Notes under the pieces: model-generated
Told to the model about the DNA's origin: nothing
What the model saw: the letters and a program-made list of their open reading frames with translations, nothing else
Databases searched by the model: none
Shown: in pieces, positions 1 to 7,474 of the stretch
Numbering within the stretch: position 1 is the stretch's first letter
Layout: every line of letters begins with the position of its first letter
Translations under genes and position numbers: made by a program
Assembly (NCBI GenBank): GCA_003531155.1
Contig: DQHR01000078.1
Span: 351-36,117 of the forward strand
Origin: Bacteroidales bacterium
GTDB lineage: Bacteria; Bacteroidota; Bacteroidia; Bacteroidales; Tenuifilaceae
DNA: 35,767 nt
Direction of reading: 5' to 3'

Positions 1-311
1 GCAACCATGGTTTACGTAATGGTATGGGTGCTACCCAAAACGAGGCTAAATTGGCTGTTAAATCTGGTTACTGGCACTTATTCCGTTATAATCCACTTCT
101 CGAAGCAGAAGGTAAGAACCCATTCCAACTTGACTCTAAAGAGCCAGAATGGAATACTTTCCAAGATTTCTTAAAAGGCGAGGTTCGTTACACCTCACTT
201 CAACTTTCGTTCCCTGAGGCTGCTGGTGAACTATTCAAAGCATCTGAAGATAATGCTCGTTGGAGATATAAGTCATACCTGAGAATGGCTGCAATGGATT
301 TTAGCAAGTAG
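1..311 (+). CDS. nifJ: Pyruvate:ferredoxin (flavodoxin) oxidoreductase, C-terminal fragment (5' end lies outside the window)
   Basis: The frame is open from the window edge (frame of nt 3: NHGLRNGMGATQNEAK...) to TAG at 309-311. The tail ...GYWHLFRYNPLL..GKNPFQLDSKEP...FLKGEVRYTSL matches the conserved C-terminal region of PFOR/NifJ as I remember it. The internal Met at nt 24 in the ORF track is not the real start. Confidence 0.85.
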   Translation, partial: NHGLRNGMGATQNEAKLAVKSGYWHLFRYNPLLEAEGKNPFQLDSKEPEWNTFQDFLKGEVRYTSLQLSFPEAAGELFKASEDNARWRYKSYLRMAAMDFSK

Positions 312-331
312 TATTTTGATGTTATATCTTT

Positions 332-362
332 AAAAGGGTGTCATTTCTGACACCCTTTTTTT
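332..362 (+). terminator. Rho-independent terminator after PFOR
   Basis: Perfect 8-bp stem gggtgtca (336-343) / tgacaccc (348-355), loop tttc, then a T7 run (356-362). An A-run precedes it, so it could work in both directions. Confidence 0.8.
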
Positions 363-398
363 ATTATATTTAGCAGACTAACTTTATAAATTGGAATC

Positions 399-3300
399 TT
401 GACTTTATTGCGCTCTCTCATTTGCCTCTCAATTCCCAAACGCTTTGTTTGGACAATATTCTTTTTTGTAATATCTCAATTGTTCTTGGTTGCAAGTGCT
501 CAAAACCCAGAACCAGTTTATAGAAGGTATACTATTAATGATGGACTTCCTTCATCAATGGTTTACCACGCTTTTCAAGACTCAAAGGGTTACATATGGT
601 TTGCAACCTCAAATGGTGTTAGCCGTTTTGATGGATATAAGTTCGAGAATTTCGATCTTCAATCGGGACTTGTAGACAACGATGTGTTTGAGATTTATGA
701 GGATTATAAGCATCGTATTTGGTTTATACCAATGTCAGGTAAATTATGCTATTACGAGAATGGTAAAATATCACAATTTAAATATAATGATTTGATTGCT
801 AGGCATACGAAAAATACTAGGGGTCCTGTCAAAGGAAGTTTTTATGTAAATACCCATGATTTTGTTTACCTAAGCATGAAATTCGTAAGTAGGTTTAGTA
901 TCAGCCCTGAGGGTGTTCTAAGATCATTTGTTAATAAGGAAAATTGCGGCATAGAGGTTTTTGAAATAGTTAAAGGTAAGCCACTGATTTCGTTTTCAGG
1001 AACTTATTTCAGCAGGGTTTTAAGATATGATGGGATTGATGATGATTTTGAAATTGATTATACTAAGATTTTTAAATCAGATGATCCTCGTTTTATTCCA
1101 TTTCACATCTTTTTTACTCATACGAATGACAGGTCTATTATTATGTCAGTTAATTCTTGGTTAATTAAGTTTAAAGGGGATATTGTAGTTGATGGAAGAA
1201 GATCAAAAAATAAAACAGATATTTTATGGGTTAGCCCTGATAAACAAAATAATTTCTGGATTTCTGAACTCTCAGGAGGAGTTCAACTTATTGATTTTGA
1301 TAAGTTTAATGGAGAACCTATACTGACCCTGCTTGAGAATTATAAGGTGACCTCAGTTTTGTCTGATAACGAGGGAGCATACTGGTTTACCACCTTGAAT
1401 GATGGGGTTTTTTATTACCCTAACATTAATGTTTTAAAAGTCAAAAACTCAAAAGAATTTGCCGATAGTAGAGTAAATGCTGTACTTGCCAATAAAGATG
1501 GTGTATATATAGGTTATGATTTTGCTTATGTTGATTTCCTAGATCGTAAATGGATCGTAACATATTATAAATCACCAAATTATTCTGTCCCTAAAAATAC
1601 CGTCAGGAGTTTTTTTGAAGATTCTGCTAGAAATAGGATATGGGTTTGCTCAATCTCAAATTTGAGTTGGATCGAAAATGGGAAAGTAAAAGCTATTGGG
1701 CCTCCTCCATTTTATAATCTTTTTTTCCCAAGAAGGATAATTTTGAGTAGAAGTGGAGGATATTGGATTGCCACAACCAAGGGTTTAGCTAAATGTGTAG
1801 ATGATGTTATTATATATAAATCCGAAAATAGCAGCGGTTTCAGGGAGTTAGTGTATGATTTAGCTGAAGATTATGAGCAAAGAGTTTGGCTTTGCACGGT
1901 TCGGGGTATATGGACATTTAGTAATGGCGTTTTTAAGTTTTTAGGTGATGAGGATTCTCGCTATAATCAAACATGTAATAGCATTATCTCAAACCCAATG
2001 GATTCATCGATCTGGATTGGAACAAATGGAGACGGGATTATCATTAGTAAAGGAAATAAGATATCGAAGCTTACTACAAAAGAGGGACTTGTTTCTAACT
2101 CAATAACTCAGTTATTATATAAAAGCAATAGTGTTTGGGTCGCAACCCGAAATGGTTTGACGAGATTGATTTTGGATGGAAAGAAGTATGCTGTAAAAAA
2201 TTATACAATACTTGATGGGCTCCCAACAAATGAGGTTACTTCAATAAGTGAGTATAGAGATACTGTATACTTAGGAACACCAGAGGGGATCTGTTATTTT
2301 AATAAGAATAAGATTGTTGAATGCAATAATCCTCCAAAAATTACAATCTCAAAATTTTCAGCAAAGGATAAACTTGTTGACCTTAATCTTAATCACATTG
2401 AGTTTAATTATCACGATAACTCTTTTAGTATTGATTTCGTAGGATTTGTATATCGAAATGCTGGTAAAGTTAACTACCGCTACAGGATGTTGGGATTAGA
2501 TTCATCATGGGTATATTCTCAAGTTCCCAGTTGTCAATATTATGGATTGGAAGATGGTAGGTATAAGTTTGAAGTTGAAGCGCAAAGTTATAATGGTATT
2601 TGGAGCGAAAGTCCTGCTGCTGTTGAGTTTATCATTAACCCTCCATTTTGGAAACGTATATGGTTTTTATTGTTATTAGCTATTTCATTTTCTGGTTTGT
2701 TCTTTCTCATTTATCGTATTAGAGTGAGTTCAATTCATCGAAGGAATGACCTTCTGCAAAACATAAACTTATACAAACAGCAATCGCTGAGACAGCAAAT
2801 GAACCCCCATTTTATATTCAATACGTTAAATTCTATTCAGCTTTATATTTTGGAGAAAGATTCAATTAGTTCGCATAAATACCTCACAAAGTTTGCGCGT
2901 TTAATGAGGATGACCCTTGATAACTCTCTTTTTTCAACTATCCCTTTGAAAGATGAACTTGAGTCGTTAAAACTTTACCTCGATTTAGAAAAATTGAGAT
3001 TAGAGGATAAGTTTGATTATACTATTGAATATGGTTCCGACGATAGTATTCTAAACGTTGAAATTCCTACTCTGCTAATTCAGCCGTTTGTTGAGAATGC
3101 CATTTGGCACGGTATTTCACTTAAAAAAGAACAGCAAGGTTGGCTGAAAATATCAATAATTGACAATGTGAATTCTTTAATCTGCATTGTCGAAGATAAT
3201 GGTGTTGGTAGGGCAATGGCCGAGCAAATAAAAAATAAACAAAATAAAAATCACAAATCACGCGGTTCTCAGATTACACAGCAAAGGATTGATCTTTTAG

Positions 3301-3425
3301 GTCAGATGTATAAAGAGAAGTTTAGCGTTGTTTATAACGACCTATTCGATAATACAGGTGACTCTATAGGAACTAGGGTTACTGTTACAATACCAAAAGA
3401 TGTAAAGGTAAAAGTTAATAAGTAA
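399..3425 (+). CDS. Sensor histidine kinase: periplasmic two-component-regulator propeller repeats + Y_Y_Y region, one TM segment, LytS/YehU-type His_kinase + HATPase
   Basis: 1008-aa ORF with a TTG start; there is no in-frame ATG before aa 54, and the N-terminus is signal/TM-like (FVWTIFFFVISQLFLVASAQ). It has many W(F/I)xTxxG(L/V) propeller blades, a Y_Y_Y-like YRYRMLGLDSSWVY and a TM segment WFLLLLAISFSGLFFLIY. These are followed by the LytS-family phosphoacceptor motif NPHFIFNTLNSIQ and ATPase motifs (ENAIWHG, EDNGVG). Confidence 0.85.
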   Translation: MTLLRSLICLSIPKRFVWTIFFFVISQLFLVASAQNPEPVYRRYTINDGLPSSMVYHAFQDSKGYIWFATSNGVSRFDGYKFENFDLQSGLVDNDVFEIYEDYKHRIWFIPMSGKLCYYENGKISQFKYNDLIARHTKNTRGPVKGSFYVNTHDFVYLSMKFVSRFSISPEGVLRSFVNKENCGIEVFEIVKGKPLISFSGTYFSRVLRYDGIDDDFEIDYTKIFKSDDPRFIPFHIFFTHTNDRSIIMSVNSWLIKFKGDIVVDGRRSKNKTDILWVSPDKQNNFWISELSGGVQLIDFDKFNGEPILTLLENYKVTSVLSDNEGAYWFTTLNDGVFYYPNINVLKVKNSKEFADSRVNAVLANKDGVYIGYDFAYVDFLDRKWIVTYYKSPNYSVPKNTVRSFFEDSARNRIWVCSISNLSWIENGKVKAIGPPPFYNLFFPRRIILSRSGGYWIATTKGLAKCVDDVIIYKSENSSGFRELVYDLAEDYEQRVWLCTVRGIWTFSNGVFKFLGDEDSRYNQTCNSIISNPMDSSIWIGTNGDGIIISKGNKISKLTTKEGLVSNSITQLLYKSNSVWVATRNGLTRLILDGKKYAVKNYTILDGLPTNEVTSISEYRDTVYLGTPEGICYFNKNKIVECNNPPKITISKFSAKDKLVDLNLNHIEFNYHDNSFSIDFVGFVYRNAGKVNYRYRMLGLDSSWVYSQVPSCQYYGLEDGRYKFEVEAQSYNGIWSESPAAVEFIINPPFWKRIWFLLLLAISFSGLFFLIYRIRVSSIHRRNDLLQNINLYKQQSLRQQMNPHFIFNTLNSIQLYILEKDSISSHKYLTKFARLMRMTLDNSLFSTIPLKDELESLKLYLDLEKLRLEDKFDYTIEYGSDDSILNVEIPTLLIQPFVENAIWHGISLKKEQQGWLKISIIDNVNSLICIVEDNGVGRAMAEQIKNKQNKNHKSRGSQITQQRIDLLGQMYKEKFSVVYNDLFDNTGDSIGTRVTVTIPKDVKVKVNK

Positions 3426-3488
3426 TCAATAAATAGCATTATAATTTGTAATTTTGCCAGCGTAATTTTTAAAAGTATCCTTATTACA

Positions 3489-4247
3489 ATGCTTAGAGCC
3501 TTAATTGTAGATGATGAAATCGCATCTGTAAGATCACTTGAGATTTTGCTTACTCAGTTCTGTAAGCAGGTTGAGGTGGTTGGCATTGCTCGATCGGTTG
3601 AGGAAGCTCTCGATTTAACAGTTAAGCAAAAACCAAATCTGATTTTTCTTGATATCCAAATGCCATCAGGTACTGGATTTGATTTTCTTGAGAAAAGCAT
3701 TTGTTGTAATTTCGAGATTGTTTTTATTTCGGCTCATAATAACTATGCTGTTCAGGCTTTTAAATACAGCGCAGTCGATTACCTTCTTAAACCCATTGAA
3801 ATTGATGAGTTGGTTAAGGCCGTTGAGAAGGTTACAGAAGTACTTAGCGCAAATCTCAATAACCGAAATAAGTATAACGTTCTTTTCGATAACCTAAAAG
3901 ATATAATCCCTCAAAAGCTTGTGGTTGTTGTTAATGGAAGTTATGAGTATATCGATTTAAGGGATGTTTTGTATGTTGACTTATCATCTAGTAAACTAAA
4001 TGTCTTTTTAGAGAATGGAACTTCAATTTTAATTGATGATTCATTAGCTGCCATTGAAGATCAACTTTATGAGCGAGGATTTTATCGTATTCACAAAGAT
4101 TACTTATTAAATACCCAAAAGACAAAAAAGGTATTAAAAACAAATGATAGTTTAGTTGAGTTAAGTAATGGTATACGATTACCTTTGAACCCGTTGAAAC
4201 GAGATGATCTTATTGCAAAAATCTCAGATTTAAACCTAAAAAGTTAA
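3489..4247 (+). CDS. LytR/AlgR-family response regulator (REC + LytTR DNA-binding domain)
   Basis: N-terminal receiver motifs (ALIVDDE, LIFLDIQMP, ISAH) and a C-terminal LytTR-like half (...YRIHKDYLLN...). It lies 63 nt downstream of the LytS-type kinase, which is the usual pairing. Confidence 0.85.
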   Translation: MLRALIVDDEIASVRSLEILLTQFCKQVEVVGIARSVEEALDLTVKQKPNLIFLDIQMPSGTGFDFLEKSICCNFEIVFISAHNNYAVQAFKYSAVDYLLKPIEIDELVKAVEKVTEVLSANLNNRNKYNVLFDNLKDIIPQKLVVVVNGSYEYIDLRDVLYVDLSSSKLNVFLENGTSILIDDSLAAIEDQLYERGFYRIHKDYLLNTQKTKKVLKTNDSLVELSNGIRLPLNPLKRDDLIAKISDLNLKS

Positions 4248-4253
4248 CCTGTC

Positions 4254-4679
4254 TTGGGAAGAATCCTTGCATTTGATATTGGACGAAAACGAACTGGAGT
4301 TGCAGTTACCGATCCCCTTAAAATAATTGCCAATGGGTTAACAACAATACCTACAGATTCGGTTGTTGATTTTTTGCAACAATACATTGATAAGGAAAAC
4401 GTTGAACTTATCGTTATTGGGCAACCAAAGCATGGAAACAATCAACCATCGGAAGCTGTTAAATATATTCAACCGGTTGTCAATCGGATTCGAAAAGTTT
4501 TTCCAGATCTTAAGATTGAACAAGTTGATGAGCGGTTTACCTCAAAAATGGCTTTCCAAACCATGATTGATGGTGGACTTAAACAAAAAGATAGACAAAA
4601 CAAAGCTTTAGTGGATACTATTAGCGCAACTATAATACTGCAATCCTTCATGGAGAGCAGAGGGTTTAATAAATTTTAA
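4254..4679 (+). CDS. ruvX: Holliday-junction resolvase-like / pre-16S rRNA nuclease YqgF (RuvX)
   Basis: 141 aa. The N-terminus, M-GRILAFDIGRKRTGVAVTD, is the family signature. The TTG start at 4254 places that motif at the expected position, and no in-frame ATG lies upstream. Confidence 0.85.
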   Translation: MGRILAFDIGRKRTGVAVTDPLKIIANGLTTIPTDSVVDFLQQYIDKENVELIVIGQPKHGNNQPSEAVKYIQPVVNRIRKVFPDLKIEQVDERFTSKMAFQTMIDGGLKQKDRQNKALVDTISATIILQSFMESRGFNKF

Positions 4680-4685
4680 ATAATT

Positions 4686-5240
4686 ATGATTCGTCCGGTA
4701 TATATTTACGGTTCCCCAGTACTACGCAAGGTGGCTCAAGATATCGATTCTACATATCCCGATATTAAACAGCTAATTGAAGATATGTTTGAAACAATGT
4801 ACCATTCCGATGGAGTTGGTTTAGCTGCTCCTCAAATTGGACTTTCTATTCGTTTAATTGTAATTGATGATTCTCCAATGGAAGAGGATGATCCCGCATT
4901 AAAGGATTTTAAAAAAGTGTTCATCAATGCTAAGATAATAGAACGATTTGGAGAGAAAGTTCTTTTCAAGGAGGGGTGTTTGAGTATTCCTAACTTACGT
5001 GAGGAAGTTGAAAGGGAGAGTAGTGTGCGTATACAGTATCTCGATGAGAATTTTATCCCACACGATGAAGTCTTCGAAGGTATTCCCGCTCGTGTCATTC
5101 AACATGAGTACGATCATCTTGAAGGAGTAATGTTTACTGATAGACTCTCTGTGCTTCGGAGGAAGTTGATAGGCGGTAAGTTAAATTCTATTTCGAAGGG
5201 TAAATTTGATATTGATTATAAGTTTAGACTAGCTAAGTAA
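4686..5240 (+). CDS. def: Peptide deformylase
   Basis: All three PDF motifs are present: GVGLAAPQIG, EGCLS and QHEYDHLEG. The size (184 aa) is typical. Confidence 0.95.
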   Translation: MIRPVYIYGSPVLRKVAQDIDSTYPDIKQLIEDMFETMYHSDGVGLAAPQIGLSIRLIVIDDSPMEEDDPALKDFKKVFINAKIIERFGEKVLFKEGCLSIPNLREEVERESSVRIQYLDENFIPHDEVFEGIPARVIQHEYDHLEGVMFTDRLSVLRRKLIGGKLNSISKGKFDIDYKFRLAK

Positions 5241-5267
5241 TGTTGGTTCTATCGTATTAAAAAGATA

Positions 5268-5291
5268 ATCCCTCTTTCGAGGGATTTTTTA
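5268..5291 (+). terminator. Rho-independent terminator after def
   Basis: Stem atccctc (5268-5274) / gagggat (5279-5285), loop tttc, followed by a T-run. Confidence 0.75.
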
Positions 5292-5354
5292 TTTTATTGG
5301 TTTTTAGTGCAAAAAAATATTGTAACTTGTTATTAGATTGAGTTTGTTTTTTGC

Positions 5355-7469
5355 ATGAGTTTACCTATTACGGCTAAAGAAGTACCTTTTTTTAAACTGA
5401 TAATTCCCCTTTTGGCTGGAATCGTTTGTCAATATTGGTTGGCAATTCTCGATAATGCTTGGTGGAATTATGTTGTTGCATTACTTTTAATATCAATTTT
5501 ATTTTTAGGATATTTTTTCTCAGCTCATTGGCGATATCGATGGGTGTTTGGATTTGTGCTTAATTTATCACTTCTATTTTTTGGAGCATTGCTGACCTTG
5601 AGACAACCGTTAATTGATAAAATTGAGGTAAACTCTGGTAATGAAACAATACTCCGATTGCTTGATGATCCGCAGGTTAGAGCGAAATCAATTAGGGTTG
5701 AGGCTGAAATTAAATCTGTTTACTCCAAGAGTATTTGGTGGTCGGTAAATGAGAAAATATTAATCTACTTCAACCTTAGGGATAGCTTGGCGTGCGATCT
5801 GAGATATGGAACGCTATTAGCAGTTAATCTAACTCCCCATGAGGTTCTGCAACAAGGAAACCCTGAGCAGTTCGACTTTAAAAAATATCTTTCTGATAGA
5901 GGCGTTCGTTTAACTGCTTACGTTCAACAAAACCAGTGGATTAAGGTTGGGTATGATGGTAATGCATTAAAACGAGTTGCATTAGATTTTAGGATTAGAC
6001 TGATGTCGCTCTTCAAGCAATATGGGTTGTCTGGCGATGAACTGGCTGTTGCATCTGCCTTAACGCTAGGTTATCAGGATTTGCTTGACGATGAGTTAAG
6101 ACACGTTTATTCAAGTTCGGGGGCAATGCATATTCTCGCCGTTTCGGGTTTGCATGTTGGAGTATTGTATGTGCTTCTTTCATTTCTTCTCACTTTTCTC
6201 GATAAACGAACAATTACAAGGGCAATAAAGGTCGTTGTGTTGCTCTGTTTTCTTTGGTTTTTTGCTCTATTAACGGGACTGCCCACCAGTGTTCAACGCT
6301 CTGCGTTGATGTTCTCCTTTCTGGTAGTTGGAGATTTTTTTAGTCGAAAATCTAATATCTACAATACTTTGGCAGCATCTGCATTTGTTCTGTTAATAAT
6401 CAATCCTTACAACTTATTTAATATCGGATTTCAACTCTCTTACTTAGCAGTGCTATCAATCGTTTTCTTTTACCCTTATGTGTACCGGTTGATTTATGTG
6501 AAGAACTGGGCACTCGATAAGATCTGGTCGCTAATTGCTGTGTCAATTGCCGCTCAAGTGGGTACATTCTCACTTACCCTTTTTTATTTTAACCAGTTCC
6601 CGAACTATTTTCTGCTATCAAATCTTATTGCCATTCCTTTGTCAACCATTGCTTTATACCTTGCAGTGCTATTAATTATCGTATCTCCAGTCCAGTTTAT
6701 CTCTGTGTATGTTGGTAAGGCTTTATCAATAACGATAAGCCTTTTAAATCATGGACTTGAGTTTGTCGAGAAACTTCCTTTTTCTGTTTCTGATGGATTT
6801 AATATATCGTCTATTCAAATGCTTATTCTTTTCTTGCTAATACTCGTTCTAACGCTTTTTTTGGTTACTAAATATGGGCGGTATTTAATAATAGTGCTTT
6901 CTCTATTCGTTATTCTCCTCGGATTAAATTTTATTTCTAAAATTAAAAAGTCTTACCTGAAGGAGTTTGTTGTATTTAATATTGGGAAGAGTTCGTTGGT
7001 GAGTTTTCGGTCTGGCAATAAACTTGTTTTTGTTGATACTGATTCATCTAAAAGAACTTTTGGCGAAAAGTATGATTTTTTCACAAAGGGCTATATTTCT
7101 AAGGTGTGCAATAGAGCAGATGTTGAGGTTATTAACCCTTTTGATGCAAAGGTTGCTCCAAAAATAAATTCAACCCAATTTGCATTGCAGCATGGTGTTA
7201 CAATATTTAATTTTGATAAGAAACTAATTGCAATAACTTATGATAAATCGCTTGATGGTTTTGAATCAAGGAGTTGGGTTGACGTTGATTATTTGGTGAT
7301 AAACCAATTTTACCCTTCAACGATATTTAATTACTTAAACCCTAAAATGGTTATTGTCGATTCCTCTGTTTCAAAATATAAAGTCATGGAAATAGCGCTT
7401 AAGTGTAGACACGATGGTATACCTTGCTATATAGTATCAACACATGGGGCATTCATAAAAACTATTTAA
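5355..7469 (+). CDS. comEC: ComEC/Rec2-family DNA internalisation channel protein; the C-terminal metallo-beta-lactamase-like region lacks HxHxDH
   Basis: 704 aa and polytopic. It has the ComEC competence-domain signature SSGAMHILAVSGLHVG. The C-terminal ~170 aa are soluble, with no HxHxDH motif. Confidence 0.85.
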   Translation: MSLPITAKEVPFFKLIIPLLAGIVCQYWLAILDNAWWNYVVALLLISILFLGYFFSAHWRYRWVFGFVLNLSLLFFGALLTLRQPLIDKIEVNSGNETILRLLDDPQVRAKSIRVEAEIKSVYSKSIWWSVNEKILIYFNLRDSLACDLRYGTLLAVNLTPHEVLQQGNPEQFDFKKYLSDRGVRLTAYVQQNQWIKVGYDGNALKRVALDFRIRLMSLFKQYGLSGDELAVASALTLGYQDLLDDELRHVYSSSGAMHILAVSGLHVGVLYVLLSFLLTFLDKRTITRAIKVVVLLCFLWFFALLTGLPTSVQRSALMFSFLVVGDFFSRKSNIYNTLAASAFVLLIINPYNLFNIGFQLSYLAVLSIVFFYPYVYRLIYVKNWALDKIWSLIAVSIAAQVGTFSLTLFYFNQFPNYFLLSNLIAIPLSTIALYLAVLLIIVSPVQFISVYVGKALSITISLLNHGLEFVEKLPFSVSDGFNISSIQMLILFLLILVLTLFLVTKYGRYLIIVLSLFVILLGLNFISKIKKSYLKEFVVFNIGKSSLVSFRSGNKLVFVDTDSSKRTFGEKYDFFTKGYISKVCNRADVEVINPFDAKVAPKINSTQFALQHGVTIFNFDKKLIAITYDKSLDGFESRSWVDVDYLVINQFYPSTIFNYLNPKMVIVDSSVSKYKVMEIALKCRHDGIPCYIVSTHGAFIKTI

Positions 7470-7474
7470 GTTTA

